NCBI GenBank assembly: GCA_937949785.1
Contig: CALEDH010000019.1
Location: 398-64,397 of the forward strand
Reading direction: 5' to 3'
Length of the DNA stretch: 64,000 nucleotides
DNA from: an uncultured Sulfolobales archaeon
GTDB lineage: Archaea; Thermoproteota; Thermoprotei_A; Sulfolobales; NBVN01
The position numbers and the translations under genes are program-made. The notes under the pieces were generated by a model. It was not told where the DNA came from. It saw only the letters and a program-made list of their open reading frames with translations, and did not search any database. Position 1 is the stretch's first letter, and the number at the start of each line of letters is the position of its first letter. Of the stretch, positions 27,769 to 36,773 are shown piece by piece.

Positions 27769-29337
27769 TTGATGGCGAGACCTGAGATCATTAAGTTAAG
27801 AGATATGAGGGAGAGGGCTTTATTGGGTGGTGGTAAGGAAGGGATAGAAGCACAGCGTTCTAAGGGTAAATTAACAGCTCGTGAACGTATAGAACTACTC
27901 GTTGATGTCGGCTCCTTCATGGAGTTCGATATGTTCGCACAGCATAGAGCTACTGAGTTCGGGATGGATAAGAGGGTTGCCCTAGGTGATGGTGTAGTAA
28001 CTGGTTTTTCTAAGGTTGATGGTAGACCAGCAGTAGTTATAGCTCAGGACTTCACGTTTTTAGGTGGCTCTTTAGGTGAGATCCACGCAGCTAAGATAGT
28101 TAAAGCAATTCAATACGCATTAAGTATTGGCTCACCAATAATATTTATAAACGATTCTGGTGGGGCGAGAATTCAGGAAGGTGTTGATTCCCTAAAGGGT
28201 TATGGAGATATTTTCTACTGGAACGTTCAGGCTTCAGGGGTTATTCCTCAAATAGCTATTATAGCAGGGCCTTGTGCTGGTGGGGCAGTATACTCCCCAG
28301 CATTGATGGACTTCATAATCATGGTTAGAAAATCAAGTTTTATGTTCATAACCGGCCCTAGAGTTGTTAAAGCTGCAATAGGTGAGGAAATTGATGAGAT
28401 GAGGTTAGGTGGTGCTGACGTCCACGCATATAAGAGTGGTATGGCCCACCTAATAGCTGAGGATGATAGGGAGGCAATATTACTTACTAGGAAGCTCCTC
28501 TCATACCTCCCAGGTAATAATATGGAGGACCCGCCGAGGGTTGAGGGCGGTGATGACCCTGAGAGGAGAGACTACGAGTTAGATAGTATAGTGCCTGAAG
28601 ACCCTAATAAGCCATACGACATGTACGGAGTTGTTGAGAGGGTAGTAGACGTAGATACGTTCTTCGAATTACATAGGTTTTGGGCGAGGAACGCGATAGT
28701 AGGTTTTGCAAGGCTGAACGGCTATGTCGTTGGAATTGTGGCTAATCAGCCAGCATATCTGGCAGGTGTTTTAGATATAGATGCTTCTGATAAGATAGCT
28801 AGATTTGTAAGGTTCTGCGATAGCTTTAACGTCCCTGTGATAACCTTCGTCGACGTCCCTGGATACCTCCCCGGAAGCATGCAGGAACACGGAGGTATTA
28901 TAAGGCATGGAGCTAAAGTACTATACGCCTACAGTGAAGCGGTGGTTCCTAAGCTAACCGTAATAGTTAGGAAGGCGTATGGAGGTGCGTACATAGCTAT
29001 GGGTAGTAAGCACTTAGGAGGGGATTTCTCGGTGGCTTGGCCTACAGCTGAGATAGCTGTGATGGGACCTGAAGGGGCTGCAGAGATTATCTGGAGGAGG
29101 GAGTTAGATAAGGTGAGAACACCTGAGGAGAGGGAGGAATTACTTCAGAAGTTCGTTAAGGAGTATAGGGATAGAATTGCTAATCCATATGTCGCAGCTA
29201 GTAGGGGTTACGTAGATGTCGTTGTAGAGCCGAATGAGACCAGGCCAACCCTAATAAAGGCATTAGACTACCTGCTTACTAAGCGTGAGGTTAAGGTTAG
29301 GGCACCGCCTAAAAAACATGGCAATATGCCTGTCTAG
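27769..29337 (+). CDS. acyl-CoA carboxyltransferase subunit (methylmalonyl-CoA decarboxylase alpha / propionyl-CoA carboxylase beta family)
   Basis: Two crotonase-like carboxyltransferase halves, with FTFLGGSLGE, NDSGGARIQEG and AYGGAYIAMG motifs. 522 aa. Confidence 0.88.
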   Translation: MMARPEIIKLRDMRERALLGGGKEGIEAQRSKGKLTARERIELLVDVGSFMEFDMFAQHRATEFGMDKRVALGDGVVTGFSKVDGRPAVVIAQDFTFLGGSLGEIHAAKIVKAIQYALSIGSPIIFINDSGGARIQEGVDSLKGYGDIFYWNVQASGVIPQIAIIAGPCAGGAVYSPALMDFIIMVRKSSFMFITGPRVVKAAIGEEIDEMRLGGADVHAYKSGMAHLIAEDDREAILLTRKLLSYLPGNNMEDPPRVEGGDDPERRDYELDSIVPEDPNKPYDMYGVVERVVDVDTFFELHRFWARNAIVGFARLNGYVVGIVANQPAYLAGVLDIDASDKIARFVRFCDSFNVPVITFVDVPGYLPGSMQEHGGIIRHGAKVLYAYSEAVVPKLTVIVRKAYGGAYIAMGSKHLGGDFSVAWPTAEIAVMGPEGAAEIIWRRELDKVRTPEEREELLQKFVKEYRDRIANPYVAASRGYVDVVVEPNETRPTLIKALDYLLTKREVKVRAPPKKHGNMPV

Positions 29338-29715
29338 GTGTTAGATTTGCATGAATATCAATTAGGGATGGAAATATCGTTTATAGCTATAGTATATGCG
29401 TTAGCAGTCCTAACCATTTTAGCTCTGATTATTAAGGTAATTACATATGTAGTACGTCCTAAGGAGACTTCAGAGGCTATGCCTAAAATATCTACATCAG
29501 TGCCTGCAGAGGCTCAAGGCTTAGATGAGGAAGTAGCTTTAGCTATTACCGCAGTCCACAAATACTTAACTGAGAAGGGTGTTGGTATGTCTAGACCTCA
29601 GAGCAATATACTAAGTGCTAGTTCCTGGGTAATCTCATGGAGATTAGAGTGTACTTCTAATGTAGACCGTATAAATCAGGGAGTAAAGGATAGGTGGAGA
29701 AGGTGGTATATTTGA
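29338..29715 (+). CDS. OadG/MmdD-like small membrane subunit of a biotin-dependent decarboxylase
   Basis: A single N-terminal TM helix is followed by a Pro/Ala/Glu linker and EEVALAITAV, which is the OadG family pattern. It lies between the carboxyltransferase and BCCP genes. Confidence 0.55.
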   Translation: MLDLHEYQLGMEISFIAIVYALAVLTILALIIKVITYVVRPKETSEAMPKISTSVPAEAQGLDEEVALAITAVHKYLTEKGVGMSRPQSNILSASSWVISWRLECTSNVDRINQGVKDRWRRWYI

Positions 29716-30146
29716 GTAAAACATACTGTTTAAGGGTAAATGATAGGGAATACACTGTTGAGGTCTTAGAGTTAGGCGGCGGTAGATTTAAGGTTAGACT
29801 GAACGGTAAGGAGCTACTAGTAGAGTTAGTTCAGAAGCAGGCCTTAGTTCAAACACGTATGAGGTATGAGCAAGTACCCGTTGAGGGGAAGAGAGTGTTG
29901 CAGACAGTACTACCTTCAGAAAATGTTGAGGTGATAACGGCTCCAGTACCAGGTAAGGTTGTTAAGGTCTTAGTAAGCCCCGGAGACGTAGTTAAAGATA
30001 AAGCGGTCATACTGACTTTAGAGTCTATGAAGATGGAGTTAGAGATAACTACCCCTACTGCAGGGATTGTTAAGGAGATTAGGGTTAAGTCTGGGGACCC
30101 GGTCAACGTCGGCGATTTATTAGCAACTATCAGTAAGAATCAGTAA
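29694..30146 (+). CDS. biotin carboxyl carrier protein (biotinyl/lipoyl domain)
   Basis: The C-terminal LESMKMELEI carries the biotinyl-lysine MKM motif. An alternative TTG start at 29712 would overlap the upstream stop as TTGA. Confidence 0.8.
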   Translation: MEKVVYLSKTYCLRVNDREYTVEVLELGGGRFKVRLNGKELLVELVQKQALVQTRMRYEQVPVEGKRVLQTVLPSENVEVITAPVPGKVVKVLVSPGDVVKDKAVILTLESMKMELEITTPTAGIVKEIRVKSGDPVNVGDLLATISKNQ

Positions 30147-30187
30147 GTACCATACCTTCACGTAATACTGATTAGGAGGTATGACGT

Positions 30188-30961
30188 TTGATTAAATACG
30201 TTATAAAGTTAGTATCGTTGAGTTCAGGTTCTGGTAAGACGTATGTAGGGACTAAGCTCGTAGAATACCTTAAGAGGAGAGGTTATAAAGTAGGCGTTGT
30301 TAAACACAGCGTACATCCATTAATCCTAGAGGGGAAGGATACTTCCAGATATTTAGATGTTGGTGCTGATGTAGTAATAGCTAGTTCTAAGGGTATTTTA
30401 ATTAGTTACGTAAAGCCGTGGGTAGACGATCTTAGGAAGGCTTTAGAAATCATTGAGAGCCCGATAGTTATTGTAGAAGGTTTTAGAACATCAGATATTG
30501 GGGATACTGCAGCAATTATTAGAAATGTAGATGAGCTTGAAGAACTAATCAATTCTAAGAATATTAGATTAGATATCATAATTTCAGACGATGACGATGC
30601 TATTAAAGAAGCGGTAAGTAAGGGGCTCAACGCATTTAGATTTAATGACTTAAAACCGTTTTATACATGGGTTGAGGAGAAAGCATTAAAGAGTGTAGTA
30701 GACCTCCTACCGCAGAGTAATTGCGGTCTCTGCGGATATAGTGATTGTAAGTCCCTCGCTACAGCATATTTAATGGGTGTTAAAACTTACTGCGTTAACA
30801 TGATACATAACGTTAGGCTGATCGTTAATGGAAGCGAAGTGCAGTTAAACCCATTCGTTGAGAAGATGATAGCCTCAGTGATCGAAGGTCTTATAAGTCC
30901 TTTAAAAGGTCTACCCATTAGGAAGGATAAGGTAGTGATCGAAGTCCTCTTTAAGAATTAA
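30188..30961 (+). CDS. MobB-like P-loop protein fused to a Cys-rich putative Fe-S domain
   Basis: N-terminal SGSGKTYVGTKLVEYLKRRGYKVGVVKH (MobB family). The C-terminal half has CGLCGYSDCKSLA...C. Confidence 0.65.
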   Translation: MIKYVIKLVSLSSGSGKTYVGTKLVEYLKRRGYKVGVVKHSVHPLILEGKDTSRYLDVGADVVIASSKGILISYVKPWVDDLRKALEIIESPIVIVEGFRTSDIGDTAAIIRNVDELEELINSKNIRLDIIISDDDDAIKEAVSKGLNAFRFNDLKPFYTWVEEKALKSVVDLLPQSNCGLCGYSDCKSLATAYLMGVKTYCVNMIHNVRLIVNGSEVQLNPFVEKMIASVIEGLISPLKGLPIRKDKVVIEVLFKN

Positions 30962-31320
30962 CCTTACCTAGGAGTAAGCTTTTCAATACTTACTTATACT
31001 TATCTATAGTACCTCAGCTCCGAACGTTATATGCGGAACCTACAGTGCTATGAATCGTAAGTAAAGTGTTGAATTTACGGAGGTATTACAGTAACTGATG
31101 TGATTAGCATCGCGTAGTAGGCTGTAAGCTGGCTGTGATTACGTATTATGATGGTGATATGTCCTATTTAGAGATAGATAAGTGTTCGTAAATGTTTGTA
31201 ATTATTTAGAGGGTATGGTGAGTGAGGGCTGTCATCGAGGTACGTATTAGAACAACTTCGTGAAGACCGTCAACTTAGTTAGAAAGCCTTTAAAGTTTAA
31301 AACTTCTCATATAAGTTATA

Positions 31321-31848
31321 TTGGGTGATTTAATGCCTTTATGGATTTTTAGGGAGTATGATAGATGTAGTGGATGTAGGTATTGTGAGGTTGCATGTTC
31401 GTTAAAGCATGAGGGTATTATATGGCCTGAGGCATCTAGAATTAGAGTCTTCGAGTATGTTCCAGGTATAACGATCCCAGTACTGTGCTCTCAATGTACT
31501 GACTACCCATGTGTGAGTGCATGCCCTACTAATGCCCTCTCGGTAGACGGTACGACTGGAGCTGTAAAAGTTGATGAGGGTAAATGTATTAGGTGTGGTA
31601 ACTGTGTTGAGGCGTGCCCAGGGAGGATACCACGTATCCTCCCACATAAGAATGCAGTACTTATTTGTGACTTATGCGACGGGGACCCTGAATGTGTTAA
31701 GGTCTGTAAGGCATTAGGGTTTAACGCGTTAATAGCTGTTGATAAGTGGCCAGGATCTCACTATAAGTTATATGCTAGGACGGCTGAGGAAATTAGTAAG
31801 GCGTATGTGAAGAAGTTATATAGAATTGATGTGGAGGAGGTGATGTAG
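31321..31848 (+). CDS. 4x[4Fe-4S] ferredoxin-type subunit (DmsB/HybA-like), partner of the downstream AOR
   Basis: Four Cys clusters: CSGCRYCEVAC, CSQCTDYPCVSACP, CIRCGNCVEACP and CDLCDGDPECVKVC. It ends 2 nt before the AOR gene. Confidence 0.8.
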   Translation: MGDLMPLWIFREYDRCSGCRYCEVACSLKHEGIIWPEASRIRVFEYVPGITIPVLCSQCTDYPCVSACPTNALSVDGTTGAVKVDEGKCIRCGNCVEACPGRIPRILPHKNAVLICDLCDGDPECVKVCKALGFNALIAVDKWPGSHYKLYARTAEEISKAYVKKLYRIDVEEVM

Positions 31849-31850
31849 TA

Positions 31851-33740
31851 ATGCCATACGGCTTCACAGGTAAGTTCGTAGAAGTAGACTTAAGTAGTAG
31901 TAAGGTTAAGGTCATTGACGTAGGAGAGGAGTTCTACAGAAAGTTCTTAGGTGGTAGGGGCTTAGGTTCTTGGCTGCTTTGGGAGAGGTTAGGGGTGGAT
32001 TGGGAGAAAGTAGACCCACTATCACCTGAAAACCTCTTACTAATACTTACAGGTCCTATGACAGGTTATATCGCAGGTGTTAGAATAGCAGTTACAGGTA
32101 AGTCACCTCAAAGCGGTGGTACTGTAGGCTCTACAATCGCAAATGAGGTTGGCTTAGAGTTAAAGACTTCCGGATATGATGGGTTGATAATATCCGGGAA
32201 GGCTAAGGACCCAGTATACGTATTCATCAGCGATGATGTTATTGAGGTAAGGGATGCGTCTAAGATCTGGGGTAAGGGTATTAGAGAGACTCATAAGTTA
32301 TTGCTTAGGGATGTAATGCCTGAATTGAGGAAGATACCGACATATGGTGAGCCTAAGGAACCTGCAATGATATACATAGGTCCTGCCGGTGAGAACCTTA
32401 CTAGGATCTCTGCTGTAGAGGGTAAGTATGCACATGCTGCTGCATACGGAAGTTATGGGGCTGTGATGGGTTCTAAGAACTTAAAGGCTGTTGTTGCTAA
32501 GGGTTCAGGTCCGCTACCACCTGTTTACGATGTAGGTAGGTTGAAAGAATTACTTTACAAAGCTATAGAGTTAGTACCTAAGAAGGTGCCGAGGCTGAGG
32601 ATCTGGGGGACTGGTCAAGGGCCTTGGAGATATGGAAGAGACCTTAGTTCAATACCTGTTAGGAACTGGCAGGAAGAGTACTGGGAGAGAGAAACATATA
32701 GCCAGTACGATTTAGAGGTTTACGACTGGGTTAAAAGGTATTGGGCTGACTTCGGATGTCCGCTATGTTGTATGAAGGTCACCGTGCTGCATAGAAATGG
32801 TGAGGTGGTAATCACCGATGCTCCGGACTACGAATTACTAGCATATGAGGGAAGCAATTTAGGTATCTACGATGTTAGGGATATTGCACACCTAATATGG
32901 TGTGGTGAGGAGTTAGGATTCGATATGATTAATGCAGGTAACGTATTAGCATTCACAGCTGAGTTATTTGAGAAGGGGATACTGACTAAGGAGGATATAG
33001 GGTTTGAAGTTAGGTGGGGAGATGAAAACGCGTTTATCCGTCTACTCAAACTTATAGCTAGCAAGGAAGGTATAGGTAAGGTATTAGCTGAGGGGACTTA
33101 CAGAGCAGCTCTGAAGATCGCTGAGATGAAAGGATTAAAACCTGATGAAGTGTTTAAATACGCTGTCCAAGCCAAAGGTATAGCCATAGGTGCCCACGGC
33201 ATCAGAAGCGGCTTAGACTACCCACCTCTCTCATACGTTACGTCCGTGCAGGGTGGAGATCATCAATCAGTAGCTATGCTACCACTAGACGCAGCACCCG
33301 TGGTTAATGAAGTATGGGCAGCGTTTTGTGATAGTGCGGTTATCTGCCAATTCAACGCCTTAGGCGGTTGGGACTTCGTTTTCGAAGCACTAAGAGCTAT
33401 TACCGGGTGGGATACGACTAAGGAGAGCTGGGTGAACGAAAACGCTAAGAGAATATTAACACTGCAGAGAGTACTCTTACTGCTTGGCGGACCTGACGTG
33501 TATTGGGACCCTAGGATCCATGATGACAACCCACCGAGGTTCTATGAACCCCTACCAAGCGGACCTAAGAAGGGTCAAGCACCGGCCAAAGCAGATATAA
33601 CTAAGTTAAGAAGCGAGTATTACAGAGCATTGGGATGGGATGAGTATGGAATACCTACTGAAGAGACAGTTAAACAATTAGGGCTGAATGGAACTGAGGG
33701 AGCTTTGAAGAGAATTAAAAATAGGTTAAACATCGGTTAA
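31851..33740 (+). CDS. aldehyde:ferredoxin oxidoreductase family tungstoenzyme
   Basis: AOR N-terminal domain (GGRGLGSWLL, IGPAGENLTRIS) and C-terminal pterin-binding domains. 629 aa. Confidence 0.85.
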   Translation: MPYGFTGKFVEVDLSSSKVKVIDVGEEFYRKFLGGRGLGSWLLWERLGVDWEKVDPLSPENLLLILTGPMTGYIAGVRIAVTGKSPQSGGTVGSTIANEVGLELKTSGYDGLIISGKAKDPVYVFISDDVIEVRDASKIWGKGIRETHKLLLRDVMPELRKIPTYGEPKEPAMIYIGPAGENLTRISAVEGKYAHAAAYGSYGAVMGSKNLKAVVAKGSGPLPPVYDVGRLKELLYKAIELVPKKVPRLRIWGTGQGPWRYGRDLSSIPVRNWQEEYWERETYSQYDLEVYDWVKRYWADFGCPLCCMKVTVLHRNGEVVITDAPDYELLAYEGSNLGIYDVRDIAHLIWCGEELGFDMINAGNVLAFTAELFEKGILTKEDIGFEVRWGDENAFIRLLKLIASKEGIGKVLAEGTYRAALKIAEMKGLKPDEVFKYAVQAKGIAIGAHGIRSGLDYPPLSYVTSVQGGDHQSVAMLPLDAAPVVNEVWAAFCDSAVICQFNALGGWDFVFEALRAITGWDTTKESWVNENAKRILTLQRVLLLLGGPDVYWDPRIHDDNPPRFYEPLPSGPKKGQAPAKADITKLRSEYYRALGWDEYGIPTEETVKQLGLNGTEGALKRIKNRLNIG

Positions 33741-33767
33741 CTCACGTTCGCATCTAAAAATCGAATA

Positions 33768-33778
33768 ATGTTTTTTAA
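33768..33778 (+). terminator. oligo-T tract after the AOR gene
   Basis: T6 run at 33771-33776, about 30 nt after the stop at 33740. Confidence 0.35.
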
Positions 33779-34125
33779 TCCAAATTATACCGATTTCCTA
33801 CTATTCTAACTTAATGCTTGTTAATATTATCATTAGGCCCTTACATCATGGTTCATGAGATATCTAAGTATGTGGAAAGGCTGTGAGCCGAGTAAAAGTT
33901 TAAGGCATTTAAGCTATCACATATTATTGGAGTGTCTGAACTACGTGAGTCCATTAAAGACTACGTAGCTCAGAACACCACGCCTAACCTCATAAAGAAA
34001 ATTCTAAGTCCGTGAAGTACCTCGTTGTCGGCTGTGGGAGCTGTTCATGAAGTCCTAAGGGTTGAGGTGGGATGAGTAGTTAACAATTATTAACTATCCG
34101 ACAACGGTTCGGGTAACCATTTACA

Positions 34126-34242
34126 TTAAGTGGAACTGGTTTCAAGCGCCATACTTCTGGCAACGCATTGATTTACACATTCTAGAAATAGATCTCCTGA
34201 GAATCCTTCATCAATACAGTACTCCCTACACATTCTCACCAT
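34126..34242 (-). CDS. candidate Cys-rich micro-protein (38 aa; 48 aa if TTG 34272 is used)
   Basis: My own translation gives MVRMCREYCIDEGFSGDLFLECVNQCVARSMALETSST. A TATA-like TTATTAATTT lies about 40 nt upstream on the minus strand. A paralogous micro-ORF occurs at 39659-39790. Confidence 0.35.
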   Translation of the reverse strand: MVRMCREYCIDEGFSGDLFLECVNQCVARSMALETSST

Positions 34243-34412
34243 GTGGTGTCTATCAATTAGTTCTTCTTTCAACGCCCTAGAAATTAATAACTAGTTAGGT
34301 TATTAATTTAATAATATAATATGATGTTTATAATTCATCATGTTTTTAAATTTCTTAAAGAGGTTAAAGTCTTAGGGATATAGCTATTGTAATAAGGTTT
34401 TATCTTTACGAT

Positions 34413-36773
34413 GTGAGTTATGAAGTTGTGGGTAAGGAACCCCATATCCTTCTGTGGGGGGTTGACGAGAGCGGTGAGAGGGTAGTTATAAGGGATAAGA
34501 GCTTTAGACCGTATTTCTATGTAGTACCTAGCAGTGAGGCTGAGTTAAGTAGATTAGTTAACGAGATTAAGAGGTTGAGTTCAGTTAAATCACCGATTAC
34601 GAATATCGAGGTCATTCCTAAGAAGTTATTCGGCCGTGCTGTAAATGTAATTAGGATTACCACGGTAATACCTGAGTTCGTCAGAGAGTATAGGGAGAAT
34701 ATTAAGAAGATGGAAGGTGTTGCAGATGTATTAGAGGCTGATATAAGGTTCTCCATGAGGTACATGATTGATAAGGGGTTAACACCTTGCTCCTGGTTTG
34801 AAGCAGATGTCGTTGAGGTACGTAAGCATCCATCATTAAGCGTTTCTAGGGAGTATGAATTAGTAGGTAATTTTAAATCCTTACCAATCCATAAACCACC
34901 TAACATGAAGGTACTAGCTTTCGATATTGAGGTCTACAATCCTAGAGGTGTTCCCAGGCCTGGGAAAGACCCTGTAATAATAGTTGCTACGATGAATAGT
35001 GAGGGCGGTGTCAAGGTTATTGAGATGTCGGATAGTACGGCTAGAAACGACGCTAAAGTAATCAGTGAGTTCGTAAGCTACATCCAGAGTTATGATCCAG
35101 ATGTAATTGTTGGGTACAATTCTAATAAGTTTGACTGGCCCTACCTCATCGAGAGGTCTAAGGTTCTCGGGATCCGCATGGACGTAGGTAGAGTTAAGGA
35201 TGGAGTGCCTAGGACCTCCGTATACGGACATATATCAATTCCAGGCAGACTAAATGTAGATGTATTTGACTTCGTTGAGGAGATAGGTGAGATCAAGGTT
35301 AGGTCGTTAGACGTAGTTGCTGAGTACTTAGGTGTTATGAAGAGAAGTGAGAGGGTTTTAGTACCTTGGTATGAGATTAGTAAGTACTGGGATGACCTAA
35401 ATAGGAGGGAATTACTTATTAGGTATGCAGTAGACGATGTTAGGTCGACTATGGGTATTGCTGATAAGATTCTGCCATTCGCGATACAGCTGTCAAGCCT
35501 TACTGGACTACCCTTAGATCAAGTTGGTTCTGCCTCCGTAGGTTTTAGGCTTGAGTGGTATTTAATGCGGGCATCCTACGGATACAACGAGTTAATACCT
35601 AATAGGGTTGAAAGGCTTTACGAACCGTATAAAGGTGCTATAGTTTTAGAACCTGTTAAAGGTGTTCACGAGAACATAGCTGTGCTGGACTTTACCTCTA
35701 TGTACCCTAATATAATGATTAAGTATAACATAGGTCCGGATACGTATGTTGAGCTGGGATGTGATGAGGCTTCATGCAACATAATACCTGAATTAGGGTA
35801 CAGGTTTAGGAAGGATCCTCCAGGATTCTATAAGGCAGTGCTTGAGACTTTAATAGAGATGAGGAAAGCTGTAAGGGATTTGATGAGGAAATATCCTCAG
35901 GACTCTGCCGAATATAGAGTACTTGATGAAAGACAGAAAGCCCTTAAAGTATTGGCTAATGCTTCCTACGGTTATATGGGTTGGGTAGGTGCTCGCTGGT
36001 ATTTTAGGCAGGGGGCTGAAGCTGTTACGGCGTTGGGTAGGGACATCATAAGTAAGGCAATACTACTGGCTAAGGAGTTAGGCCTTAAAGTCATTTACGG
36101 CGATACTGACTCATTATTCGTTGAGTACGGGCCTAGGATAGAGAGGTTTATCATGCTAGTAATGGATAAGTTAGGGTTGGAGATTAAAGTCGATAAGGTT
36201 TATAGGAGGATTTTCTTCACCGAAGCTAAGAAGAGGTATATAGGGCTAACTACTGATGGGTTAGTAGATATAGTGGGGTTTGAAGCTGTTAGGGGGGATT
36301 GGGCTGAGATAGCAAAGGAGGTGCAGGAATTAGTGGCATATTCAATACTTGCTGAAGGCAGTATATCCAAGGCCGTTGAGATAGTTAACAACATGGTGAG
36401 AGAACTTAAGGAAGGTAGGATACCTCTAGACAAGTTAATTATCTGGAAAACTATTACTAAGCCATTAGGTGAGTATGAGGTAAGCGCCCCGCACATAAGC
36501 GCTGCTAGGAGGTTATTAGAGATGGGCGGTAGGGTAGAGGTCGGCGATAAAGTAGGTTACGTCATCGTAAAGGGAGGCGGGCCTATATCGTCAAGGGCAT
36601 ATCCATACATAGCCGTTAAGGTTGAAGATATAGATTCAGATTACTACGTGGACCACCAAATAATTCCAGCATCACTAAGGATCTTAGAGTACTTCGGAGT
36701 AACTGAGAAGCAATTAAAAACATCTAGTAAGGGTATTAGGACGTTATTTGATTTTGGTAAGAGGAATCCTTAA
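34413..36773 (+). CDS. polB: family B DNA polymerase
   Basis: Exo I FDIEV, SMYPNI (motif A), KxxxNSxYG-like ANASYGY, and YGDTDS (motif C). 786 aa with no intein. Confidence 0.9.
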   Translation: MSYEVVGKEPHILLWGVDESGERVVIRDKSFRPYFYVVPSSEAELSRLVNEIKRLSSVKSPITNIEVIPKKLFGRAVNVIRITTVIPEFVREYRENIKKMEGVADVLEADIRFSMRYMIDKGLTPCSWFEADVVEVRKHPSLSVSREYELVGNFKSLPIHKPPNMKVLAFDIEVYNPRGVPRPGKDPVIIVATMNSEGGVKVIEMSDSTARNDAKVISEFVSYIQSYDPDVIVGYNSNKFDWPYLIERSKVLGIRMDVGRVKDGVPRTSVYGHISIPGRLNVDVFDFVEEIGEIKVRSLDVVAEYLGVMKRSERVLVPWYEISKYWDDLNRRELLIRYAVDDVRSTMGIADKILPFAIQLSSLTGLPLDQVGSASVGFRLEWYLMRASYGYNELIPNRVERLYEPYKGAIVLEPVKGVHENIAVLDFTSMYPNIMIKYNIGPDTYVELGCDEASCNIIPELGYRFRKDPPGFYKAVLETLIEMRKAVRDLMRKYPQDSAEYRVLDERQKALKVLANASYGYMGWVGARWYFRQGAEAVTALGRDIISKAILLAKELGLKVIYGDTDSLFVEYGPRIERFIMLVMDKLGLEIKVDKVYRRIFFTEAKKRYIGLTTDGLVDIVGFEAVRGDWAEIAKEVQELVAYSILAEGSISKAVEIVNNMVRELKEGRIPLDKLIIWKTITKPLGEYEVSAPHISAARRLLEMGGRVEVGDKVGYVIVKGGGPISSRAYPYIAVKVEDIDSDYYVDHQIIPASLRILEYFGVTEKQLKTSSKGIRTLFDFGKRNP

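Noticed and set aside
31095-31142. 8-bp direct repeat TGTGATTA, twice and 27 nt apart, upstream of the AOR operon, as a possible regulator binding site
   Set aside because: It is short and lies about 190-230 bp upstream of the start codon, far from the TATA-like box at about 31288. It is easily explained by chance.
33929-34012. Short ORF (GTG 33932; SELRESIKDYVAQNTTPNLIKKILSP) in the long AOR-polB gap
   Set aside because: It is only 27 codons, and its start is buried in the strong hairpin. I saw no paralogue or promoter box. It may be a relic of a decayed gene.
34413-36773. Intein or split-gene features in the family B DNA polymerase, and likewise in reverse gyrase and GlmS
   Set aside because: The lengths are normal, and the catalytic motifs are contiguous (SMYPNI, YGDTDS). 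There are no Cys/Ser-...-HN intein junctions.
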